Shown here in pieces: positions 13,504-25,969 of a stretch of 64,000 nt of DNA. Both the position numbers and the translations under genes were made by a program. This DNA is from Atractiella rhizophila. Lineage: Eukaryota. Location: contig MU271264.1 in the NCBI GenBank assembly GCA_021432655.1, positions 1 to 64,000 on the forward strand, in the 5' to 3' direction. Below the pieces are notes generated by a model. The model ran no database searches. It saw only the letters and a program-made list of their open reading frames with translations, and was not told the DNA's origin. Positions within the stretch are counted from its first letter, which is position 1; each line of letters begins with the position of its first letter.

Positions 13504-13606
13504 GGGTATAAAAAGCCGCGTTCCTTTGCCCTTTCCTCCTTTCCCTTGGCTGACTCGAAGGAACCTCTTCGTCCGTCCCTCGCTGCGTCCCGAGTATATA
13601 TATTCG
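13504..13606 (+). promoter_or_regulatory. Candidate TATA elements (TATAAAAA, TATATATA) upstream of the cyclin gene
   Basis: GGGTATAAAAAG at ~13504 and GTATATATATTC at ~13594, with CT-rich tracts, 40-140 nt before the ATG at 13647. Confidence 0.4.
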
Positions 13607-13646
13607 TCAAATCTCTCCTTTAGCCCACAGAAGCAACTTGAACATC

Positions 13647-14500
13647 ATGACCAGCTCACCTCCAGACTCGCGATATCACGGTTTCAAAGGTATGCCTTGT
13701 TGTTCTCCAAGAATCCACTATGGAGTGTTAACGTCTGCTTTGGCGTGCAGACATCTGCATCCTCTGCGCAGAGACGCTCAACGCACTTTTCCCGATCCCA
13801 CTCACTGAATCGACATCGAAGCAACACAAGTCACGACGCGAGACGTGTACGGACGTTCTTCCAGTCGACGAATGGCTGGCCTACGTGTTTTACCGCACCA
13901 ATGCTCCTTACACGACCATATTCCATGCCCTCCGCCTCCTAGAACGACTATCCTCTTCGTTCTCCCTCGCTCCCATTTCCCAAGATACCCCAAAGTCTCG
14001 TTTACTCCATCATCGCCTTATTTTCTCAGCTCTCGTCCTCAGCTTCTGCTTTCACATGGACGACAACTATTCGTACGTTCCGTTCGTTCTCCATGTCCTT
14101 ATGGCGTGCTGAAGGGGACGGTAGGAACAAGTCGTTTGCAGTCGCATCGAAGGGTCTCTTCAACGTTCGCGAGATCAACGAGCTCCAATTCGAGCTCATG
14201 AGCGCTTTGGATTGGCAAATCGGCGAGCCGAACCTAGTAGAAATCATCGAGGGATACATCCGGGACTGGGAGGAGAGGCTGTGGCAGGAGAAGAAGCGAC
14301 GTCAACGGATGGAGATGGAGCAGATCCGTTGGGCCATTTCCACGTCCCAGCCCAAACTCAAGCTCGAGATGAGCGCAAGGAGTGCATCGAAGAGAAGAGT
14401 CGGCGTCGGAATCGTTCAAAATCCCAGTCTCGCAACCTTCCTCCTCGTCTCGATGCCAATGCCAACGTCAGTGAACGGCGGCCACGCCTCGCTCGTTTAA
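13647..14500 (+). CDS. Pho85-type (PCL) cyclin-box protein, 3 exons
   Basis: Spliced: MTSSPPDSRYHGFK|DICILCAETL...WLAYVFYRTNAPYTTIFHALRLLERL...HRLIFSALVLSFCFHMDDNYS|NKSFAVASKGLFNVREINELQFELMSALDWQI. Matches the PCL cyclin-N pattern. Confidence 0.75.
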
Positions 14501-14969
14501 CACTGGACACGATTCCCAAAGACCATTCGTGGATCGAAATCTCACCTTGTCTTCTTCGTTGACTCGTTGTCTACTGCCCACTCACTCTCGCCATTTAAAT
14601 CGCATTTGTCCATAAAAACTGCATTCATCAAGGTCTCAGGTTCTGGTCTCGTTGTTTCGCTTTTCGACAGTTGTACTGTTAATCGTTCCCTGTACACCAC
14701 CTTCGTGTCAACCTCACTTGGCTGGAACCGGACAATTTACTCTACATAGGCCAGTTCACGATTAATATTTTGCCGTCGCAATGTACTTCTTTGCTAGTCT
14801 TAGTGGTATTGTCAAATATTAATCGTCTGGAATCAACTCGCATCTTTCTAAACATTGTACTTGACGCTGCTCATTCAAACTAAGAAGGTATGAGTAGGTC
14901 TATGAACTGTCTCAAATACACCTTAGACGTTTAAACTGCATATAAATCACACTGCACCCAGCCCCAAAT

Positions 14970-17227
14970 TTACAACCCTCCACCACCAAGCATATACTCG
15001 ATAGCAGACTGCACGTCACCTCCATTAGCCATCAGTGCGCGTATATTCTGGCTCGCATTCGTGAATCCCATTTCACGCAACTGGCCCAACTGAACCTGTT
15101 CCCGCCAAACGCCAAAAGAAGGCAACCATGAGCAATGAAGAGGATAACGAGTGCGAACAAACCTCGAATCGCTCTTCTGGCGGTCTAGTGTCCGTAGGCT
15201 GGACAGGAGGAGCACCAAACATGCCGCCGCCCATCCCGCCCATACCCATTCCCTGCATCCCTCCCATAGCTTGCATCATGCGCATCATCGACGCCAAGTC
15301 GGGCTGTCCTTGACCCTGACCCAGTCCCTGGTCGGCAAGCCCTGGCGTTGTGCCAGAAGGAGCTGGGGTCGTGTTTGTTGCTTGCGCCTGATTGAAGAGA
15401 TTCCCTGCCGGTGCTCCTGCTGTAGTTGAAGGTGTGGTGCCAGCGGTAGTCGAAGGCGCTTGTGGCATTCCGAACATGCCTCCCATGCCCCCCATGCCTC
15501 CCATACCGGGCATACCGCCCATACCTCCCATTGCTCCTCTCATACCTTGCATTTGACGCATTAGGTTGGGCTACACCACAACACCTCATTAATTTTCTCC
15601 GTTGAACGATATATATACTAACGTCTGTTAACATCTGTCGATACCTGAATAGAATCTTTCAGAACGGCACAGGAGAATGGGAACAGTCTCACATAGGGAT
15701 CCTTAGCATTTCTCTAAGCATGGGACCCATTTGACGCAGCTCAGGCGGTCCTTGCTGGATCTGTCCCATGAGATGAGTTGGTATACGCTAGAATCAAAAA
15801 CAGAGGGGAGGGGCATACCATCATATCAACGAAGTGAGGATCTTGGAGCATTGTGTCCATCTGCTGGCGAAATTCAGGCGAGTCCATCATTCCGAGCATC
15901 TACCTATGCTGTCAACCTAGAAATATCAGGAGGGTGAAGGTAATGCACCTGATTGGGATCGTTCAGGTTTCCACCGAAAGGGTTGGCAATCTGTTGCATA
16001 GCACCAGCGAGCCCAGGTCCATACCCAGTGTTCGAGGCGTTGAGTAATGGCGCAAGGGGATTGTCTGCTCCCGGCCATCTGGAATCAATTGCATGTACCT
16101 GATGGGAAGAAGGAGGTTTTACGCACTCGCATACTGCTGTCCGACTTCGATATTTCTCGGTACATTATTTGTTGTACCTGAGCCGGACGATGAAGGTGCA
16201 GTCGAGCGAACGGCACCTTTCACTAGATGCATGGTGTGACCATTCTGGTGGAAAATCAGCTCCCTTTAGTGAATGTTCTGTGATATCGCCACATCTAAAA
16301 GAATACTAAGTTTCTAAAGATTTTGAGAACAGAGTAACATATGGTGCAATCACGCTCCAAAACTTATCATGTGAAAGGATAGAATGAACATAAATGAGGG
16401 ATAATCTCGACAAGGGTTAAACTCGTTTGGATACTTTGTCATTGCTACAGATCATAACGTGTAGAGCTCTATGAACACGTCAAATGGATGAGAGAGTTGG
16501 GACAAAGTCACAGATTTGAGGAACGAAATGCAACTTAGTTAAAAGCTCATTAGCACGTCCATTCTTCACAATTGCGCAGCGATCAAGTGAACACGCGAAC
16601 ATTGGGCAACTAGGGCATGGGGTGAAGAAGAAAGGAAGAGGAGAAGAAATTGAAACGTGTGACTTCACTTCATAGCGGCATCTGAAGCGGCTCTGTAAGA
16701 GTGGCGGATCACGTAAATGCATCTCTTCGGATATCCTCAGACGTGCGATGAAACTCTCGAAAGGTCGCAAGACCTGAGCATGCTATGCAAACTCGGATTT
16801 GTTCCTCGGTCCATGCATGGCTGTAGACGGAAAGAGCTCTAACAGATGGAGAGAAGGGTATCCGCCAACGGCGACCGCGGGAAGTGGCTACAATGATTTG
16901 AAATCACCCAGCATATGGGCGGCAGAAAAGTTCATTCTTTTCGAAACGACAGAACAAAGAACCGTCGTGCACCACATGTGCCTCGCCACCGACAACATGA
17001 GCACTCACCTTGATCCCATACGAATCGACCTGATCTTCGTCTTTTAGAACCCTTCCAGAATAAATCAACCTCAGCTGCTCCTTCTTGACCTCGCCTAGGC
17101 GCTCAATCTCTGGAGACTTGACCTCGATCTTCTCTTTGAGCTCGAGCACAGTGATGGATGGTGGAAAGGTGATGCTGAATGAGACGCTGGACGGTGCGCG
17201 CACTGTGACGGTAATTTCTTCGGCCAT
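14970..17227 (-). CDS. DSK2: Ubiquilin (UBL-STI1-UBA proteasome shuttle)
   Basis: N-terminal UBL with LRLIYSGRVLKDEDQVDSYGIK|NGHTMHLVK, Met/Gly-rich STI1-like middle, C-terminal UBA PPEERFE|VQLGQLREMGFTNASQNIRALMANGGDVQSAIEYML. Confidence 0.93.
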
Positions 17228-17465
17228 CTCGTTGCGCTGGAGGGGTAATTGGATAGAAGAGGCAAAGAATGTGCTGGAGTTGTTGACGGGATGATTTGAT
17301 ACCAATATCAGCCGGACGGAGGCGGTCGGAGCTCCTTGTGTGGCAAGAAGCTGGTTGATACCGTCGAATCAGAACGCGTCGAAATAATCGGGCTGTCTCA
17401 CTATTTTCTACTTTCACCCTTGCAGATCCTTGCTCTCTTTTCTCGAACAAAATATCTACTGGGTC

Positions 17466-20400
17466 ATGATTAGGAGATTCTCTACCTACAACACTGCGCG
17501 AGCTGCGTTGAACCGGTATTCACGCACCATAACTCAGCCAAAGTCACAGGGAGCAAGCCAGGCTATGCTTTATGCGACGGAAGGAGTGGACAGCGAAGCG
17601 GATTTGGAGAAAGGAATGGTTGGGGTGGGAAGTGTTTGGTAAGCTTTCAATATTTTCTATCTGTGGTGAGGTTGCGTTGTTTGTTTTCACAAGCCATCAT
17701 AGTCATGAATCACGACTATGGCTTTCTTTCATTTGAAACTGGGTTCCAATGAGACATTAGATTCTACAAGTCGCTCTGAAGAATCAGTATCAATATAGAA
17801 TATGACAGGCTTTTTGTTCAGCCGCTGAAAAAGTAAAGTTATTCAATTCAGTCATGCCTAACTCAGCCTTATTGTACATTGATGTCCCGAATATCTCGTG
17901 GTCATTATCGTTTTCTGAGGGAGCCGTAAATAGTCGGAATTTTTTGCAAAAGTTCACACCTTCTATCATCGAGGAAACCTTGGGATGTCATCACCTTATA
18001 TCTATGAATCCTACTTAATTATTGTAACAAGTTCCGTTCGACAGGATTATAAGTTGATGACAGCAGTCTTGAGTCTGTCGACATCACCAGCAATAATATT
18101 TTACCATTCCTCAACGATGGGCTTCTCTTTTAGTTAGCATCAGAAGACCAGATACTCAAATTTGACTACTGGAGTTGAAGGCAAGGAGATAAGCCCTACA
18201 TTCAAGACCTTTAAACCGGCTTTATTAGAAAGTACGACCAATGTTGTGGTGAGCCACCTCCGGTCGTTATAGCTTTACACTTAAATCGCTCAGCCCTCAG
18301 TTGCAAATTAGCTGCAGTAGCCAGTCGTATTACTCTTACTTCAAGTTCAAATAGTATAGTGGTACTTAGTTACGTTTTGTATGTCCTGATACACAAATCA
18401 ACCGCCTCAGCACTGTTCTCTCAAGTTGCAGAATCATACGCATGTTGACTACACTTTGCTTCCAATGACCTGCAATGCTTCGTCATTCCCGTGATGATAA
18501 TTACATGATTCCAAGGAAGCTACCTCAATCCCCACATACTTATGGCCCTCGAGCCGTGTGTTTGGTAGAGTTAGCACAAAAAGGGTTGACATGTCTTCAC
18601 GTTAACTGATGACTTCCTGTACCTCACCTCGAAACGCACACTTCAAACCGCGAACGGGCTTGCCAAAACTCAATTTACACTAGCCAGAACAAATCAACTG
18701 ATGTCTGCACAGGTACGAGGGAAATCCATGCAACAAGCATACCCTAGAGCTTGGACGGCGCGCAAAAAAGTCTGTACAAGACGCAGGGTTAATTGGGTAC
18801 CAGTTCGGAACTATTGGCGTCTCCGTGCGTCTCCTTCCGCTTTGAGGAGGGGAGGTGATGATGTTGAACACAGTGAATAGGATGGCATCTCTATGGGGAC
18901 TTCAGGAATGCGGTACTCACTACAAAGGTCGGTTTCCTTCTAGATATCTAAAATCAAACCTGAGGACAACATAGTCGAGATCTCATTGCGGACCAGTTTG
19001 AAACAGCCGTTAAAGGTCATTGGTTAGATGGACTAGTGGCCATTCCCGTACGCTGCCTCTTTTCCGCTGCAGACAAGAGAGGCTGAATGCATCTTGTAGT
19101 CCTGTGACAAGAACATGTAAGCGTTCTTTAGGAAGCGACGTTCCCTTCTCATATCATCAGGCCCGGATCCCTCATCGCTATGGGGCGAATTGACCGTCCA
19201 TCTGTAATGGTGTACGGCGGTTCCATCAGACCTGGAAACCTCTGCCTATCAAATGGAACCAACGAGCCGATTGATATCGTGTCTGCGTTCCAGTCCTATG
19301 GTGCTTATTTGGCTGAGGGTTCTACTGTAGGTTTTCGCCATTTTTTTTATAAACCTGGGTCCAACATCGTTGGGTGCAGGCAGAAGCGGAGGATAAGAGA
19401 AAGAAGACTATCAAGAATGCTTTGGGCAAAGGATGTGGAGCCTGTGCTGGTGCGGCAATTGTGTTCCAGTCTATCAGGTCATTGACGCCATGCGAAGGAA
19501 TGTATACAGCGAACACAATGGCCTCCGCTGCAGAAGCACTGGGCATGTCACTCCCTGGATCGTCCTCTTTCCCTGCAGATTCTCCTGAAAAATTAGCGGA
19601 GTGTGACTCCATTGGTGCCGTCCTCAGAAACTTGTTGGAGATGGACCTGAAGCCGAGTGATATCATGACACCAAAGGCTTTCGAAAATGCCATGGTTAGC
19701 TTTTTTTGCTAATACCGTGCTAACTGCTCACAATCATACTCAGATTTTGACCATGATTCTTGGAGGCTCGACCAATGCAGTGCTTCATCTGATTGCCATC
19801 GCCCACTCAGTTGGAGTGAACCTGACCATTGACGACTTTCATCGCGTGTCAGACAGCACTCCTTTCATTGCTGATCTAAAACCGTCTGGCCGTTACGTGC
19901 GTCGTTTCTCTCAACTTTCCGCTCTTTGACAAGGTGTGGTGTATTAGGTCATGGAAGACCTTCACAAAATCGGAGGAGTCCCCGCAGTCCTCAAGTTCCT
20001 CCTGAAGAACAAGCTCATAGATGGCAGCGGAATGACTGTCACCGGCAAGAGCTTAGAAGAGAACCTCTTCTCTGCTCCTGATCTCCCCAGCGGCCAAGAC
20101 TTGTTGCGACCACTTAATCAGCCAATCAAGAGCACAGGTCACATCCGGTTTGTTACTCCCCTTTCCTTCTTAGAGATTGAGTGAATCTGGTCAAATAGAA
20201 TCCTGAAAGGTTCACTCGCGCCAGGCGGGGCAGTGGCAAAGATCACTGGAAAGGAAGGACTTTCTTTCGTCGGAAAAGCGCGTGTCTTCGATGACGAGGC
20301 GTCGATGGTTGCAGCGGTCGAAAAAGGAGAACTCAAGAAAGGCGAGAAGACGGTCGTCGTCCTGCGATATTTGGGACCTAAGGGGGGTCCAGGTGCGGCG

Positions 20401-20967
20401 GCTCTTTTCTCATATCAGTCACATCTTTACAATGAACGTTAGGCATGCCGGAGATGTTGAAACCTACAAGTTTAATCAGTAGGTGTCACTGAGAAGCTGT
20501 TGTGTGACGCTGATGATTTGCTAGTTGGCGCTGGACTTGGCAAAGATTGTGCATGCGTGACAGATGGTCGATTCAGTGGAGGGTTCGTAATTTTTTCAAG
20601 TTATTATCAATGAGTCACAACTAGGCTTCTACAGATCTCATGGCTTTTGCATTGGTCATGTTGTGCCTGAGGCTGAAGAAGGTGGGTCGTGTCAATCCCT
20701 GCTCAATCTGTTAACCAAAGTCACCACTCATTAGGTGGTCCCATCGCTCTCGTGAGAGATGGAGATGAGATTTCCATTGACGCCGTTAAGAATACCATCG
20801 AGCTTTTGGTTTCAGAGGACGAACTAGCAAGGCGAAGGAAGGAATGGGAGAGCCCAGGTGGGAAGAGGGACGAGAGAAGGAGGCGTGCGGAAGAGCTCAA
20901 AGGCACTCTAAGAAAGTATTACAGGAATGTAGTGGACGCCTCCAGGGGGGCAGTTACAGACCTGTGA
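17466..20967 (+). CDS. ILV3: Mitochondrial dihydroxy-acid dehydratase, many exons
   Basis: Motifs [80 protein letters not shown] and TDGRFSG; N-terminal presequence MIRRFST. Confidence 0.96.
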
Positions 20968-21481
20968 TTCTGTGTCGGTTTAAAAGTACTATTCATCCTG
21001 AATGATACACTTGATAATCACAACTTTGTTGCTCCATGATCGAGAACGAAGCGCAGTTGAACGGATGTTGCACGTCGTCCATCCTTCAACAATTCTCCAG
21101 CTTGGTAGATGACGATGCTTGCGGGTAGAGAACTTCCGTCCTTGTTTTGAGTTTGACCATTGACCGTACTGGACAAAACTGCCAATCCTCCACTTCATAC
21201 CGAAATCGGGGGTAAACCGCAGATGAGGCATCATGAGCTTGCACTTACTTCACTCTTCCGCCAATTGCTGAATAGTCTGTTGAACATCGCTTTGCTTTCC
21301 CGCTTTCCTGCTGAGTTGTCGGGTTCGGCCTCCACAAAGGTATCGGAGTTCGGATAGTTGAATGAGATGCTCTACCCGATAGCGGAGGTCGCCAATAGGG
21401 GCGAGAAACCATTCTTCATGGCGAAGATATATAAAGGGTAGACATCCTGGTTTATGCCTATAGCAGACAACATCGTTAAAC

Positions 21482-22762
21482 ATGTTCAGCACCAAACTTA
21501 TCCGTGAGAAATACACACAAGTGCCTCTGGCTTCTCGAAATTTAACCGGAAGAACTGTCATTGTCACTGGAGCAAATGTGGGCTTAGGATTTGAGACAGC
21601 TCTCGCCCTTCTGCGAAGTATGTAACGTCGTTCTTCATATGGCAACGATAGCTCAATAGTCATCATAGTGAAACCTGAAAGGCTCATTCTGGCAGTAAGA
21701 AGCCAGGAAAGGGGGGATGCAGCCGCAGAGAAGCTCAAAAGTCTCGTAAAAGGGACGACTACCGCGATTCAGGTGTGGATCCTCGATCTCGGGAGCTTCG
21801 AAAATGCGAAAGCCTTCGCTGCCAAAGCGAACAGGGAGCTTGATCGCCTCGACATCCTAGGTCAGGTTTTTGAATATCATTTTCTCTAATTCTGACGGGA
21901 CCAACAGTCGAGAACGCCGGAATGGTAACCCCTGAGAAGAAAATGACGACTGATGGTTGGGAGACGATGTAGGTGCTTCGACATCTACACTAAACCTAAC
22001 TGACTTTGGCGGTAGGCTTCAGGTGAACGTCATGTGAGCGTTTCCTACCTTCTATAACTATCACTAGTAAGCACTTTTCTCACATGACTTTAGAGCAACG
22101 GCCGCCGTCGCCCTAGCTCTGGTCGGCAAGATGCAAGCAACGGCGAGGCTTCCAGTTCCAACTGGTGGCGAACCTTTCAAGCCGCACCTGACAGTGGTAG
22201 CTAGCGATGGTAAGCATATCCTCACAAAATGGCAACTCCAGGCTGAACATTGGCTGCAGCTCATGCTGGAGCAAAGTTCAAGGAACACAAGGAGTCTTCG
22301 ATCTTGGAAGCCATCAACAAGGGGGAGAACTTCAGCACAAGGGAACGATACCCGGTTTCAAAGCTGTTGGACATTCTCTTCGCGAGAGAACTTGCAAAGC
22401 AACCCAGTGCGCAAGGGGTCATCGTGTCTGCCTCAAATCCAGGGTTTTGTCACTCAGAATTTCGTCGAGAAATATCAGCTGTGATATTTAGGTATGTTTG
22501 AACCTTTATTATTCCACAGAACAATAGTTGACTCCGTACAAGGGTGATGGAGGTTGTGGCAGCGAAACCGACGGAGCTTGGAGCCCGAAATCTCGTTTGG
22601 GGTGCGGTGGAAGACTTTGATAGTGGAAGCTACATCCATCTGTGCAAAGCACAGGAGGAGGCACTTTCGCCTTTCGTTACCTCTCCTGAAGGTGCGAAAG
22701 CTCAGAAAAAGGTGTTTGACGAGCTTGTGACGATTCTTCGTGCTGAAGGGTTCGTGTTTTGA
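21482..22762 (+). CDS. Short-chain dehydrogenase/reductase (RDH/WWOX-like), paralog 1
   Basis: Cofactor motif TGANVGLG, then LDLGSF, LDIL|VENAG, catalytic YPVSK and NPGFCHS; ends LRAEGFVF*. Confidence 0.9.
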
Positions 22763-23776
22763 GCAGCTGCTGTGCTGGAACAAAGTTGTAATTGATTGAG
22801 TTTGATGGGAACTGCGTCCTCACTGCTTGATCACGAGAGATTTCTAAAGTCTAGCATGAATTTCAACTGCAGGTATATTTGGCAGCGGTGATATAGACAC
22901 GGCCAACGATCAAGACTGTGAGCCCTGCACAGAAAAGAGTCGAAACCAAGGGACGGGGTTGTTCCCTTTGTGTCACATTGGATATGGGAAAGAGGAGAGA
23001 AGGAGCCAGTACGGACAACGATAGCTTCCTTCCTCTCCTTTCCCTGTCCATTGTTGGATGGGATCATCGTTCTTATGAAAAGCAAAGGTTGTCCTTTACC
23101 AGAGGAATCTTTCGAGCTCAGGACTTCGTCCCATTTCCGTCTTTGAATGGATTCACGCACAAATCACAATCAATAAAATCCCAGGACAACTGCATTGGTC
23201 AACCCCTTGGAAGACTTAAATTGTCGCTTCTATGCCTCCCTCACAAATTGAACCTTGGCCGCGTTACGTTGAGATTACTTGAATCTCAAGTCACGTGCCA
23301 TCATAACAGGAAATTGAAATTACGTAGCCCATGTGGACGAAACTGGTCTTGCAACCAATGCAACACCATTTGAGTGAGACTGTGAGTGGGCTATATATGC
23401 CTTACTGTGCATAGACATAGAAATGAGATCGACAAGGCCAGCGACAAGGCATTGGTTTGTCTGCCCAGTTGAATCCCTGAAAACGCTCACTGAGACGATG
23501 TTCTGGTGCAGCAGTGTCAGGTTTACCACCCAAGAACGCCTAGAAGAGCGTCTAGTTGACTGGGATGTCTGCACTGGGAAATACTTACTGACAACATCGG
23601 TCCCATTTGACCCCTCCTCTGGTCGAACCCAATGCCTGACGCGCGGAGAAACTGATCTTCCCCGGTCAGCTCCCTTCTCTCAGCTCCCAACATAAAAGGA
23701 ACACCCACTCCCTCTTGGGCAATATCACTTGCCACCTAGTCTCAGAGGTTGTTGTTCTTGAGAGTCCTTACTCGAA

Positions 23777-25748
23777 ATGGCATCTGCGAAAGCCGCCTAC
23801 TCCGTCTCTTCCTCCACGCCAAAACAAGATCCCTACACCTACCAAGTCGGCTTCGGAAATGCTTTCGCTTCAGAAGCGATCCCTGGCGTTTTGCCCATTG
23901 CGCAGAACAGCCCGCAGAAGTGCAAATATGGACTCTATGCAGAGCAGATGACTGCCACTGCTTTTGTCGCTCCAAGGGCACACAACATGAGAAACTGGCT
24001 CTATCGCATTCGGTCAGTCTTTCCTGCTATCATACAACATCCGAAAGTACAATGTAAGCCTAATCGATGATCCATCCTGTAGTCCTGCAGTCGCCCACCA
24101 GGGTTTCGTCAGACTACCCGACAATCCAGACATTGAATCTTGCTTCCTCCCCATCAATCCAAAAGTCCACATCTCTCCCACCCAGCTAGCATGGACCCCT
24201 TTCTCCCTCCCGAAAGATGGAGAGAAGGTAGATTTCGTAGATGGACTCAAGACAGTGGCTGGAAATGGAGACGCGAGCCTAAAACAGGGTTTGGCGATTC
24301 ACATGTACGTCTTTTAATCCTCGTCTCCTCTTTCGAATGAGAGGTAGACTAATGATTGCTCACCCGTATAGGTATCTAGCCAACACTTCAATGGGGAGAC
24401 GTGCATTCATTAACAACGATGGTGACATGCTCATCGTCCCTCAACTCGGCAGACTCGACATCCAAACCGAGCTCGGAAAACTCATGGTTCGTCCTGGAGA
24501 AATAGCCGTCATCCAGCGAGGGATCAGGTTCAAGATCTTGCTTCCGGATGGCCCTTCGAGAGGTTACATTCAGGAGGTGAGCCTCCACTACTTTTATTTA
24601 CTTTTCTTACGCCATACTTCGGATGCAGGTCTTTGGCGGCCATTATGAACTCCCGGAACTTGGGCCACTTGGTGCTAATGGGCTGGCAAACGCAAGAGAC
24701 TTTGAGCATCCCATCGCACATTTTGAAGTGGACCAAGAAGGTATTTTCCGTTTACCCGAGTATCTCGCGATTTGATGCTTATGTCGATGCTTTGGATGCA
24801 CAGGGTATGAAATCATCTACAAGCTCCTTGGTCAGCTCTGGAAATGTTCTCAGGAGCATTCGCCCTTTGATGTTGTCGCTTGGCACGGGAACTACGTACC
24901 CTATAAATACAACCTGTGCGTCTCTACTTTCTTGAGTGCATTGTTAGAGAGAGAACCTGATAATAAATAAAGGGAGCGGTTCGTCAACGTCGGTTCAATT
25001 AGCGTAGACCACATTGATCCCTCCATCTGTACGTCCTTACTTTTAGCATCGTGTCTGTCACTGACGATGAATCGCAAATTACTCAGTCTGCGTCCTCACC
25101 GTTCCGTCTGCTATTCCAGGGACCCCTCTCGCCGACTTCCTCATCTTCTCTCCCCGCTGGGACGTCGCATCCCACACCTTCCGACCTCCTTACTACCACC
25201 GCAATGTCGCATCGGAGTTCATGGGCCTCATCTATGGAGAATACGGCGGGAGGAGCGACGAGTTCCAACCTGGAGGAGCGAGTTATGAGTGCGGGTTCAC
25301 ACCACGTATGTCCTTCGTTGAAGAAAAATCATACCGTAGATACTGATACTCTGATTGAAGATGGTGTCGATTACGAAGTGTTTGATGCAGCTTCCAATTT
25401 TGAATTGCAACCACAAAGGATCTCAGAAGGTTGTATTGCCTTCATGTTCGAGTCTTCCATGGTCAGTCCTGTTCCTACCTACCCACCGATCAAATGTAGC
25501 TATATCTATCTAAACTCTAACTATTTTCTGCTGAACAGCCATTCACTATCGCTGAGTACGCCTGGTCGCGTTCAGGAAACATCCACGAGCACGAACCAAA
25601 GATGTGGAACCCGCTCGTTGCCAAATTCATCGAGAACCTCGACCAAGTGAATAAGGATTTAGCCGCCATGGGACTTGCAAAGATCGAAAAGGGGACGGCG
25701 AGCGCGACGAGGAAGGGAATCGACAGTGAGGGTAAGAAGGAGGCGTAA
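23777..25748 (+). CDS. hmgA: Homogentisate 1,2-dioxygenase
   Basis: Motifs [105 protein letters not shown] and AFMFES. Confidence 0.95.
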
Positions 25749-25969
25749 GGATTATGGTGAAATTTGTAAATATGTATCGTCGAAACAATGTATTGTTGAC
25801 TGTCGCGGATCATCAAAATTGTGAACCAGACTGAAAACTTAGGACCAGGAGTTCGTTTGAACAAACAGGAATCTTAATACTACATGGCTAATCTTTTCCA
25901 TACACATATCAATCGACATACCCAAAGTTCTCCCATTTTACCCTCATTTTACATTACCCACCGAGCCTT

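Noticed and set aside
10900..13600. Several 100-200 aa ORFs in the MOSC-cyclin spacer
   Set aside because: No recognisable domains, coherent splice model or transposase/RT motifs; treated as intergenic.
16337..16979. MITE inside the DSK2 intron
   Set aside because: The inverted repeat is only 12 bp, with no target-site duplication and no second copy in the window.
18482..18613. Possible box C/D snoRNA in the ILV3 long intron (GTGATGA at 18491, CTGA at ~18606, GTCA/TGAC flanks)
   Set aside because: Terminal stem spacing does not fit a K-turn, and I could not match a guide to rRNA. Needs snoscan or Rfam.
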